From Candidatus Micrarchaeota archaeon (lineage in GTDB: Archaea > Micrarchaeota > Micrarchaeia > Micrarchaeales > CABMGC01), in assembly GCA_021811535.1 (NCBI GenBank), contig JAJZOF010000020.1, positions 10,572 through 74,571 of the forward strand: a DNA stretch of 64,000 nucleotides. Reading direction: 5' to 3'. The notes under the pieces were generated by a model, which saw nothing but the letters and a program-made list of their open reading frames with translations, was not told the origin of the DNA and ran no database searches. A program made the position numbers and the translations under genes. This document shows positions 44,914 through 52,766 of this stretch, in pieces. The first letter of the stretch is position 1, and each line of letters opens with the position of its first letter.

Positions 44914-46077
44914 ATGAAGCTAATTGTACTTCAGCCGTATATCAACCTTAGAGGTGGCGTCGACAGGGTGCTCCTGAAGATAGCAGAGCATTACAAGGCA
45001 CCGATATACACCCTAGAATACGACAAGAGCTCTTCCTTTGAGGACTTTGGGAAGCTTGATATAAGGATGATAGGCAAGGATGTGCCGTTCCAGAGCAGGC
45101 TTCCGTATAGGGCCTCGCAGGGGCTTAAGTACGGATACAATTTTTACAACATAAAGATAGAGGAGGACTATGATGTCCTTAACCCGCATATATCCCCGAG
45201 CGAATGGATACGCCACAAGAACGAGCGTGTCCTCTGGTACTGCCATACACCGCCAAGAGAGGTGTATGACCTTTATTCCACAAGGATGAAGGGCAGGGGT
45301 TACGGGGATAAGATAATATATGCAACTTTTGCCAGGGCATACAAGCTGATAGCAAACAAGGTAGTGAAGGACCTCGAAGGGATAGCGACAAACAGCGAGA
45401 CGACAAGGAGCAGGATACGCAAGTATTACGGACGGGATGCGAGGGTGATAAATCCAGGCGTAGATGTAAAGAAGTATAAGAATGTCTCTTACGAAGACTA
45501 CTTTTTCTATCCCTCGAGAATACTGGTAAATAAGAGGCAGGATTACGTTATAGACGCATTCAAGCGCTTCGAGAAGAAGGACGGGAGGGGGAAGTTCAGG
45601 CTTGTAATAGCCGGCACCCTCTCAAAGGATCCGGAACATCAGGCTTATATGAACCGCATAAAGAAGATGGCCGAAGGTTACAAGATACAGATAATAACGA
45701 ATATTGACGAAGGCAGGCTAATCAAACTTTACAGCGGCGCCATGGCCGTTCTCTTCTCCGCAATAAACGAGGACTTTGGATTTATACCTCTTGAGGCCAT
45801 GGCTTCTTCAAAACCAATAATATCAGTCAATGAGGGAGGCCCGAGGGAAACGGTAAAGGATGGCAAGACAGGTTTCCTTGTCGGCTCGCCGCAGGAGATG
45901 GCGGAGAAGATGCTCCTTCTAGCCAGGGACACTAAAGCTGCAGAGCATATGGGGAAGGAAGGGAGGAAGGAAGTGGAGCGGAACTATACCTGGGAAAGGT
46001 TCTTCTCGCTCTTTGATGGCGAGCTGGAAAGGATTAAAAAGGGGAAGAAAGAAGATAATGCAAATCCCAGGAAATGA
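44914..46077 (+). CDS. Glycosyltransferase family 4 (GT-B, group 1)
   Basis: The sequence EDFGFIPLEAMASSKPIISVNEGGPRETVKDGKTGFLV matches the EX7E region. Confidence 0.88.
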   Translation: MKLIVLQPYINLRGGVDRVLLKIAEHYKAPIYTLEYDKSSSFEDFGKLDIRMIGKDVPFQSRLPYRASQGLKYGYNFYNIKIEEDYDVLNPHISPSEWIRHKNERVLWYCHTPPREVYDLYSTRMKGRGYGDKIIYATFARAYKLIANKVVKDLEGIATNSETTRSRIRKYYGRDARVINPGVDVKKYKNVSYEDYFFYPSRILVNKRQDYVIDAFKRFEKKDGRGKFRLVIAGTLSKDPEHQAYMNRIKKMAEGYKIQIITNIDEGRLIKLYSGAMAVLFSAINEDFGFIPLEAMASSKPIISVNEGGPRETVKDGKTGFLVGSPQEMAEKMLLLARDTKAAEHMGKEGRKEVERNYTWERFFSLFDGELERIKKGKKEDNANPRK

Positions 46078-46081
46078 TTAG

Positions 46082-47236
46082 ATGCTTGAGATAGAGTTTA
46101 AGTCGAGGAAGAGCATATTTGCAAGCGACCAGTCATCCAGGGATGTGCTTAAGAAAGGATTCTTCGGGAAAGAAGCAGGCAGGCGCACGATGCTCATTCC
46201 TGAAGAGGCGCTATATCTGATAGACGTAAGAAACGCAAGATGCACCAGCATGGGAAGAGACATCTCCTTTAATGATATCGCAGCGAGATTCTGGAGCGAC
46301 AAGAAATTCACTGCCAGGTATTTCACATACAAGGACTGGAGGGATAGAGGACTTGTAGTAAGAGGGACGGAATCAGAGTATAAGCCGCCTGACAAGACTC
46401 CGGTGAAATCCTACCCAAAAGCAGAGTTATCCCTTCCTGATTATTCGGTATCAGGAGTCTTCTTCAAGAGCGATCTTATAGCGATAGTAGACGATAATGA
46501 GAAGGGCAAGGAGCTCTACGAGACTCTCTGGTTCGGGCAGTATGGATCGTACAAAGCTGCCGAGAGGGGTCAGCTCAACAAACTTGACGTATATGAGAGC
46601 CTCTTCCTGATGGAGAGGGGCATGCTGAAGCTTAACATAGGCAAGCAGGAGCTGATCCGCCTTGCCAAGGCAAGGAGATCTGATTTCCCAAGCCTGTACG
46701 AGGTCTACAGGGACTGGAGGGAGAAGGGCTATGTGATAAAGACCGGATTCAAGTTCGGCACGCATTTCAGGCTGTATTTTCCAGGCGCCAAGCCGGTCAA
46801 GGAGGGTGCAAGGGACTGGATACACTCAAAGCATGTGATACACGTCTTCCCGCGCGAGTCCAGGCTGCTTATATCAGAATGGGCGAGGGTGATAAGGGTT
46901 GCGCATTCCGTCAGGAAGACCTTCATACTGGCTGTTACAGGAGGCACGGTCGCAAAGAAAGTAGGCATAGACTTTATACTTTATCACAGGAAAGGGGGCG
47001 ATGCGGAGAATCCTGAAGGATCGGCTCCGCGATACTGCATGCTCTCCCTGAGCGAGGAGGAATACATAGGAGGGGCAGAATTTGCAGGGGCGATAAAGGC
47101 TGCCAAGGAGAAGAAGATGGAACTCATAGTTGCTATAGCTGATAGGGAGACTTCGGTTACATACTACAAGGTAAGACAGATAAAGATCTCAGGAAGCAAG
47201 AACGAATACTATGAGATAGACTGGATGCAGCCGTAA
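46082..47236 (+). CDS. endA: tRNA-splicing endonuclease, long multi-unit form
   Basis: 384-aa ORF. The central unit has a complete catalytic signature (YEVYRDWREKGYVIKTGFKFGTHFRLY ... HSKHVIHV ... AHSVRKTFILAV). A partial unit sits N-terminally (YFTYKDWRDRGLVVRG). An extra EndA-like unit sits C-terminally (IDFILYHRKGG ... KEKKMELIVAIAD). Confidence 0.85.
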   Translation: MLEIEFKSRKSIFASDQSSRDVLKKGFFGKEAGRRTMLIPEEALYLIDVRNARCTSMGRDISFNDIAARFWSDKKFTARYFTYKDWRDRGLVVRGTESEYKPPDKTPVKSYPKAELSLPDYSVSGVFFKSDLIAIVDDNEKGKELYETLWFGQYGSYKAAERGQLNKLDVYESLFLMERGMLKLNIGKQELIRLAKARRSDFPSLYEVYRDWREKGYVIKTGFKFGTHFRLYFPGAKPVKEGARDWIHSKHVIHVFPRESRLLISEWARVIRVAHSVRKTFILAVTGGTVAKKVGIDFILYHRKGGDAENPEGSAPRYCMLSLSEEEYIGGAEFAGAIKAAKEKKMELIVAIADRETSVTYYKVRQIKISGSKNEYYEIDWMQP

Positions 47237-47244
47237 AGCGCGTC

Positions 47245-48141
47245 TTATTTCCTTGTCTCTGAGATCAGGTTTTTTATTATGTGGGATGCAGGATTGACTC
47301 CGGTAACTTTCCTGAACCCTGACCATGATATGGTAGGGTTGGCCTCGAGCACATAATATCCGTCTTTTGTATCGGCTATGTCGATGCCTGCATAATCCAG
47401 CTTAAGCGCTTCGGTAGCTTTTATCGCCAGCTCGCTTATCTCTGCGTTTATCCGTGCCTTTCTAGGTTCAGCGCCCTGGGCGACATTGCTCTTCCATCCT
47501 TTCGCTTTCCTGAACTCGGCGCCTATCACCTTGCCACCAACTACCACTACCCTGAAGTCCCCGCTGCCTTTCTTCTCAAGGAATCGCTGTACATATATGG
47601 GCTTGCTCAAGTTGGTGAAATAACTGAATATATGCATTGCTGCGTCAGGGTCATTTATGCGGAAGACGCCTATGCCCTTGCCGCTCCGGAGAGGCTTTAT
47701 CACAGTGTCTGTATATTTCCTGACTGCCGCGTACCCATGAAAGAAGTTCTCGCTTGATGTAGTATCAGGCACAGGGATCCTGTGCCTTGAAAGAATGATA
47801 AGAGTGCCGAGCTTGTCGCTTGCGGATAACCATGAGGAGATCTTGTTTGAGATCCGCATACCGTTGAGTTCCATTGCCTGTGCAAGCCAGAGCCTGTGGC
47901 TGAACTGCTCGTAATCCCTTATTATCCCTATGCTTCGCATCACAGCGGCATCTGCAGATATGCGCTCTGCTTTGCCCCCATCTGTGTGCATGACAGTAGT
48001 CGTGCTGCTCTCTATCCTGACAAAGGACTCGGAGAGATTTATGCTTACGTATCCTGCGCTGCTCTTGGATATAGCCGCCTTAAGGTCCTTGAGCTCCTCG
48101 TTCGAATAGCCTTCTGATGATGATATAACTCCTATTTTCAT
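47245..48141 (-). CDS. rimK: RimK-family ATP-grasp ligase
   Basis: GDFRVVVVGGKVIGAEFRK...WKSNVAQGAEP and DYAGIDIADTKDGYYVLEANPTISW are present. Confidence 0.8.
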   Translation of the reverse strand: MKIGVISSSEGYSNEELKDLKAAISKSSAGYVSINLSESFVRIESSTTTVMHTDGGKAERISADAAVMRSIGIIRDYEQFSHRLWLAQAMELNGMRISNKISSWLSASDKLGTLIILSRHRIPVPDTTSSENFFHGYAAVRKYTDTVIKPLRSGKGIGVFRINDPDAAMHIFSYFTNLSKPIYVQRFLEKKGSGDFRVVVVGGKVIGAEFRKAKGWKSNVAQGAEPRKARINAEISELAIKATEALKLDYAGIDIADTKDGYYVLEANPTISWSGFRKVTGVNPASHIIKNLISETRK

Positions 48142-48237
48142 CCAATCGCGTATACTTATCGGAAGCGGTAATTTATATTAGGGTTGTTTAGAGTAAGTGC
48201 ATCGCAGATATGGAACGGCGCTTTCCCTCTACAAAGG

Positions 48238-48245
48238 TTTAAATA
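48238..48245 (+). promoter_or_regulatory. TATA box (tttaaata) upstream of the PRC-barrel gene
   Basis: The box is preceded by a purine-rich BRE-like acaaagg and ends 33 nt before the ATG at 48279. Confidence 0.5.
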
Positions 48246-48252
48246 CATGCCT

Positions 48253-48269
48253 TATGAATACTATTCATA
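48253..48269. promoter_or_regulatory. Perfect 8-1-8 palindrome TATGAATA-c-TATTCATA between the TATA box and the start codon
   Basis: Read directly from the sequence. It covers the expected transcription start region of the 48279 gene. Confidence 0.4.
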
Positions 48270-48278
48270 GGCGATGGC

Positions 48279-48557
48279 ATGAAGATCTCTGAAATATATA
48301 GCATGGATATATACAGCGATTCTGGTCAGTATCTTGGCGAAGTACAGGATGTTATAGTGGATCTTGAGAAGGGCGAAGTAAGCAGGCTTCTTATGGTACC
48401 GTGGAAGAACATACGCGGAGACGCAAAGGGAGCCCTGAGGCAGAAGAGCATACTCTACAAGAGCGTAAAGAATGTAGGCGATGTAGTCCTTGTATCAGCC
48501 CCTGTCCCTGGATCCCAGGAAGCAAGAAAAGATGAAGTGGAAGACCTGACGAGATAA
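48279..48557 (+). CDS. PRC-barrel domain protein
   Basis: 92-aa ORF. The sequence ISEIYSMDIYSDSGQYLGEVQDVIVDLEKGEVSRLLM is a typical PRC-barrel N-terminus. Confidence 0.7.
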   Translation: MKISEIYSMDIYSDSGQYLGEVQDVIVDLEKGEVSRLLMVPWKNIRGDAKGALRQKSILYKSVKNVGDVVLVSAPVPGSQEARKDEVEDLTR

Positions 48558-48561
48558 ATTC

Positions 48562-49101
48562 TTACTTTCCTATTACTTTGGGGAATTTTATCCCTCTCTG
48601 ATTGAGGTACGTGCCCTTGTAAGGATTGCGTACCCTATTCAGTGTAGTGGCAAATATAACGTGTGCAAACCGTGTGCCAGGCCTTAGAAGTATGCCACTG
48701 CTTGCGGCATTGAACACCTCAAGCGTTATGTTGCCCGCGAAACCTGCATCTATTATTGTGGGTGGCATTATGAGACCGTGCCGTGCCCATGTGCTTCTGA
48801 GTTCAACGAATCCTATAAGATTCTCCGGAAGCTTCACGTTCTCTATGGTGGAGAGAAGGACCTGCGATCCGGATTCTATCACCAGTTCGCGGCTGTTCTT
48901 CTCTGATACGTATTCGTTGTTGACGTGTTTTGGATTAGATGGGTCCAGTATAAATCCTGCGGGGCGCTTTATGTGCTTTGCTATCTCGTTCGAGAGCCGC
49001 AGGTCGAGGCCATTTTCCCTTATAATGTCCTTCTTGAACGGCTTTATCACAAGCCTCTTTTCCTTTATAAGGCTCTCAAGGTCAAAGTCTGAAAGTATCA
49101 T
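48562..49101 (-). CDS. dcd: dCTP deaminase (dUTPase superfamily)
   Basis: MILSDFDLESLIKEKRLVIKPF, NGLDLRL and GFAGNITLE are present. Confidence 0.85.
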   Translation of the reverse strand: MILSDFDLESLIKEKRLVIKPFKKDIIRENGLDLRLSNEIAKHIKRPAGFILDPSNPKHVNNEYVSEKNSRELVIESGSQVLLSTIENVKLPENLIGFVELRSTWARHGLIMPPTIIDAGFAGNITLEVFNAASSGILLRPGTRFAHVIFATTLNRVRNPYKGTYLNQRGIKFPKVIGK

Positions 49102-49166
49102 ACTACCAAGATGCTTGCATAAAATATTAAAACCAGTAACCCAATTAACTCTTGTCCTGTGATATT

Positions 49167-49742
49167 ATGTTCGTAGCCTTAGAGGGCATAGATGGCTCAG
49201 GAAAGAGCACTGTTGCACGCCTTCTCTATGAAAGCCTGAAAGGCAAAGGATTTGTCCTTACCAGGGAGCCAACGGAGAGCAGGATAGGGATATTCATAAA
49301 GGAACTATTAAAGGAGCAGGAGCTCAGCCAGGATACGATACAGCTCCTCTTTACCGCAGACAGGGCATACCACATGGAGACATTCGTTGAGCCGATGCTC
49401 AAAGAAGGGCACGGAGTTATAACAGACAGGTATCTCTTCTCAACCATAGCTTACGGATACGGCGCAGGGCTTGAGGTGGAATGGATAGAGAAGCTTAATT
49501 CAAGGTTCAGGATTCCAGATCTGACATTTCTGATGGATCTGGATCCTGAGACTGCTGTCCAGAGGATAGGAAAACGGAATGAGAAAGGGGAATTCTTTGA
49601 GAAGCTTGACTTTCTGAAGAGAGTTAGGGAGGGATACCTTATGCTCTCGAAGAGATATGATGGTTTTGTCATTATTGACGCCTCTATGGATGAGAGAAGC
49701 ATCAGAGATAGTATTTTATCTGTGATTGAGGATAAAATTTAA
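49167..49742 (+). CDS. tmk: Thymidylate kinase
   Basis: MFVALEGIDGSGKST is the P-loop, and DRYLFSTIAYG also fits. The start is set at the ATG at 49167 rather than the track's TTG at 49152. Confidence 0.88.
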   Translation: MFVALEGIDGSGKSTVARLLYESLKGKGFVLTREPTESRIGIFIKELLKEQELSQDTIQLLFTADRAYHMETFVEPMLKEGHGVITDRYLFSTIAYGYGAGLEVEWIEKLNSRFRIPDLTFLMDLDPETAVQRIGKRNEKGEFFEKLDFLKRVREGYLMLSKRYDGFVIIDASMDERSIRDSILSVIEDKI

Positions 49743-49745
49743 TGC

Positions 49746-49820
49746 GCTCCTATCGTCTAGTCCGGCCAAGGACGTGGGGCTTTCAACCCCGCAACTCGGG
49801 TTCAAATCCCGATGGGAGCA
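49746..49820 (+). tRNA. tRNA-Glu (anticodon UUC)
   Basis: The hand-folded structure is GCTCCTA-TC-GTCT-AGTCCGGCCAA-GGAC-G-TGGGG-CTTTCAA-CCCCG-CAAC-TCGGG-TTCAAAT-CCCGA-TGGGAGC-A. All four stems pair, with G-U pairs in the acceptor, D and anticodon stems. There is no encoded CCA and no intron. Confidence 0.85.
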
Positions 49821-49902
49821 GTATGCAAATAAAAAGCACAAGATAATTTTATCTATGCGCAAGCAAGTAAAGAATATAAATATGAATGGTCATTCATATA
49901 TT

Positions 49903-50409
49903 ATGCGTTCTGCTGCTTTAAATGGAATCCGCATTGCGCTTAGGCCTTGGAGATACCGCGCAGCATTTGCTGCTCTTGCAGTAATTTTCTTCTTTGCCTA
50001 TTCATATCTGCTTGGGGACTCTTCTTTGAATTTAGGTGTGCAGCATATTGCTTTTGGACTTGGGCTCTACGCGATCTCATTTGCTATGCTCATCGGGATT
50101 CTATTGTCCCTTTCGATTGCCATCAATGCTTTCGCATTCTCGAATAGTGTGAAGATGAGCGCTAAATCAGGGCTTGGAGCAGCGATAGCCATTGCAATCC
50201 CGGGAGCCCTCTGCTGCACTTCAGTTATACCTGCACTGCTTGCCACAATAGGCGCATCGACGCCTACGATAATAGGGGTTACGGGGAAGCTGCAGGGGCC
50301 TTTTGCAACTTACGAGATTCCGATTATGCTTGCGTCTGCTGCACTCCTCATTATCAGCATAATAGCCGAGGCTAGGAAAGTAGGCAGATGCTGCGTGGTG
50401 AAAAAATGA
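49903..50409 (+). CDS. Membrane protein with two vicinal Cys pairs (MerT/MerF-like Hg(II) transporter candidate)
   Basis: The protein has about four TM helices, ALCCTSVIPALL inside a TM helix, and a C-terminal GRCCVVKK. The track ORF start (49726) runs through tRNA-Glu and is rejected. I chose ATG at 49903, 22 nt after aatataaata; ATG at 49855 or 49882 is also possible. Confidence 0.55.
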   Translation: MRSAALNGIRIALRPWRYRAAFAALAVIFFFAYSYLLGDSSLNLGVQHIAFGLGLYAISFAMLIGILLSLSIAINAFAFSNSVKMSAKSGLGAAIAIAIPGALCCTSVIPALLATIGASTPTIIGVTGKLQGPFATYEIPIMLASAALLIISIIAEARKVGRCCVVKK

Positions 50410-50966
50410 GACGAAAATATATTGTTCCTGCTGTGCTTATTTTAGTAGTAATTGCTTTGACCATTCTTTACTCTGTTTTCCAAGGGAATGGTCATGGCAG
50501 CCAGGCCATTCAGAATATTACGATAGGGATGAAGGCGCCCAGCTATCCCTTCCTGCTTGAGAATGGATCTGAAGCGAATGTCTCGTCATATAGGGGACAT
50601 GAGGTGCTCCTGTGGTTTGTTGCAACATGGTGCCCGACATGTGCACAGGGGAACTCAGCACTGAATGGGAACTATAGCTTTTTCAGGAAGCGCGGCGTGA
50701 AGATTGTGGAGCTTGAACTATACAAGGACCTTGGTTATGCCGGTCCTCCTATAGGGGAGTTTGTCGGCTCGTATGCGCCTGATGCATATGCAAATGGCAC
50801 AATAACGCCAGGGGTAGCTGGTTATAATATTACTGCTGCTTATGATCCGGAAGGGTACCTGGATATATATTATCTAATCTCTGCAAACGGCACAGTATTA
50901 TACATAAATGGTTCGCCCTCGGTCACCTTGCCGCAGCTTAAGAATGCGATAAATGCTTCTATATAG
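50406..50966 (+). CDS. Membrane-anchored thioredoxin-like protein (TlpA/ResA-like)
   Basis: An N-terminal TM helix (IVPAVLILVVIALTILY) and a CxxC site in VLLWFVATWCPTCAQG are present. There is an ATGA overlap with the preceding gene. Confidence 0.75.
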   Translation: MRRKYIVPAVLILVVIALTILYSVFQGNGHGSQAIQNITIGMKAPSYPFLLENGSEANVSSYRGHEVLLWFVATWCPTCAQGNSALNGNYSFFRKRGVKIVELELYKDLGYAGPPIGEFVGSYAPDAYANGTITPGVAGYNITAAYDPEGYLDIYYLISANGTVLYINGSPSVTLPQLKNAINASI

Positions 50967-51306
50967 GGATTTTATGGATAAGATAGCTGTTAAGACATTC
51001 TTCTTCGCGATAAGCGATTACAGCAGGTTCAGCATACTTGTGACTTTGCTTGAAAAGGATCTCAGGGTTAGCGACATAGTCTCATCTACGGGTATAGAGC
51101 AGAGCAACGTCTCGCACCATATGAGCTGCCTTCTTAACTGCGGATTCGTAAGCGCAAGGAAAGATGGCAAAGAGAGGATCTACGGGCTGAATGGGGAAGT
51201 GAAGCCCATAATCAGTGACATAATAAGACACATAGAGAGGTATAAGAAAGAGATAATTTCGTGCAACATAGCAAATAAAGATTATATTTCCAGGGCGATT
51301 GAATAG
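50953..51306 (+). CDS. ArsR/SmtB-family metalloregulator
   Basis: The sequence FFFAISDYSRFSILVTLLEKDLRVSDIVSSTGIEQSNVSHHMSCLLNCGFVSARKDGKERIY is a typical ArsR wHTH with Cys residues near the recognition helix. ATG at 50974 is an alternative start. Confidence 0.85.
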   Translation: MLLYRDFMDKIAVKTFFFAISDYSRFSILVTLLEKDLRVSDIVSSTGIEQSNVSHHMSCLLNCGFVSARKDGKERIYGLNGEVKPIISDIIRHIERYKKEIISCNIANKDYISRAIE

Positions 51307-52718
51307 AGAAATTTGATTATGCCATAATAGGCCAGGGTTCAGCTGCATTCTCAGCGGCTATAAAGGCAAATAGCTTGGGAGTGCGCACAGTTATGATAGG
51401 TAGGAACGCGACTAAAGGCACAGTTCTCGGTGGAACATGCATAAATGTAGGATGCGTTCCGAGCAAGAGGCTACTTACCGTAAGTACATTCTTCAGGGAG
51501 CTTGGCGAGAGGAGATTCCGCGGGGTTGATTATCGTGTTGGCGGAATTGACTATGAAAAGGTTTTCCAGGAGAAGAAGCGGCTCGTGGAGAAGCTGAGGA
51601 ATGAGAAGTATGGTACTGTCCTGGAATCGCTTGAGAATGTGACGTATATCAATTCCTTTGGGTCTTTTATAGATGAAAATACAATAAAGGCAGGCAAAGC
51701 GGAGATCGCAGCGAAGAATACGCTTGTAGCCACAGGAGCGCGTGCCATGATCCCTGAGATTGAGGGTTTGCAAAAAGTGGATTATCTGACAAACGAGGAT
51801 GCGCTGTCCTTGAGGAAGCTGCCGGATTCTATTTTAATAGTCGGCGGGAGAGCGATAGGGCTCGAATTTGCACAGATGTTCTCGGATTTTGGGGTTAAGG
51901 TTACGCTGCTACAGAGGAGCAGCAGGATAATACCTAACTGGGAGCCTGAGATAAGCGAGTATCTTAAAGGCTATCTGGAGAAGGGAGGGGTTAAGATAGT
52001 CACAAATGCCGAATTGGTTGGCATAGATAAAAACAGGGGAAAGAAGACTCTGAAAGCAAGGATAGGTGAAGAGACATTTTATTACGAAGCGGATGAGGTC
52101 TTGTTTGCGACTGGAAGGGTTGCTAATACGGAGAAGCTCAATGCAACCGCAGCAGGGGTCAGGCTCGACGGGAAGAAGTTCGTAGTTGTAGACAAGGAAC
52201 TCAGGACATCATCGAAGGCCATATATGCAGCTGGTGACGTAACTGGACAGCCTATGCTTGAGACGCTAGCCGCGAAGGAGGGAAATGTGGCAACGTCAAA
52301 TATCTTCCAGCACACTAAGAAAAGAATAAACTTGAACGAGATACCCAATGCCATATTTACATATCCAGAGGCAGCGATGGTAGGGAGGACAGAAGAGCAG
52401 GTGGTGAAAGACGGAATAAGGTGCGCCTGCAGCCCGTTGGACTTTGCCCTCGTTCCTAAGGCAAAGATTGTAGGAGATGATAGAGGAGTGGTCAAGATAG
52501 TAATTGATCACAAGACCAAGAAGATACTAGGGGTGCACATGCTTGCACCTCATGCAGCAGATATGATACATGAAGGTGTATTGGCTGTGAAATTCGGCCT
52601 GAGTATAGATGACATAATAGATACGGTGCATGTCTTTCCTACACTCAGCGAGAGCTTCAAACTTGCTGCCCAGTCTTTTTATGAGGATGTGTCAAGGTTA
52701 AGCTGCTGCACAGCGTAA
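51303..52718 (+). CDS. merA: Mercuric reductase-like pyridine nucleotide-disulfide oxidoreductase (core MerA, no NmerA domain); start codon unresolved
   Basis: The redox site GGTCINVGCVPSK and a C-terminal vicinal Cys pair (LSCCTA) are present. The FAD Rossmann motif KFDYAIIGQGSAAFSAAIKA is encoded in frame at 51309..51368. That is upstream of the first canonical start (TTG 51375) and directly after an in-frame TGA (51300..51302) and ATA (51303). Confidence 0.75.
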   Translation: MEKFDYAIIGQGSAAFSAAIKANSLGVRTVMIGRNATKGTVLGGTCINVGCVPSKRLLTVSTFFRELGERRFRGVDYRVGGIDYEKVFQEKKRLVEKLRNEKYGTVLESLENVTYINSFGSFIDENTIKAGKAEIAAKNTLVATGARAMIPEIEGLQKVDYLTNEDALSLRKLPDSILIVGGRAIGLEFAQMFSDFGVKVTLLQRSSRIIPNWEPEISEYLKGYLEKGGVKIVTNAELVGIDKNRGKKTLKARIGEETFYYEADEVLFATGRVANTEKLNATAAGVRLDGKKFVVVDKELRTSSKAIYAAGDVTGQPMLETLAAKEGNVATSNIFQHTKKRINLNEIPNAIFTYPEAAMVGRTEEQVVKDGIRCACSPLDFALVPKAKIVGDDRGVVKIVIDHKTKKILGVHMLAPHAADMIHEGVLAVKFGLSIDDIIDTVHVFPTLSESFKLAAQSFYEDVSRLSCCTA

Positions 52719-52743
52719 TTAGAATAGGCGAACATTGGCAAGC

Positions 52744-52751
52744 ATTTAAAT
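52744..52751 (+). promoter_or_regulatory. TATA-like box (atttaaat) upstream of pilin-like gene 3
   Basis: The box ends 16 nt before the ATG at 52767 and 22 nt before the ATG at 52773, giving leaderless geometry. Confidence 0.45.
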
Positions 52752-52766
52752 TTAGCATTGATATAG

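Noticed and set aside
49726-49902. The N-terminal part of the 227-aa track ORF 49726..50409.
   Set aside because: This portion reads straight through tRNA-Glu (49746..49820). The real membrane-protein gene must start at a downstream Met (49855, 49882 or 49903).
49821-52766. A genomic island integrated at tRNA-Glu.
   Set aside because: I kept it only as a weak hypothesis within the mer finding. I saw no integrase, no transposase and no direct repeat of the tRNA 3' end by eye, and I could not compute composition.
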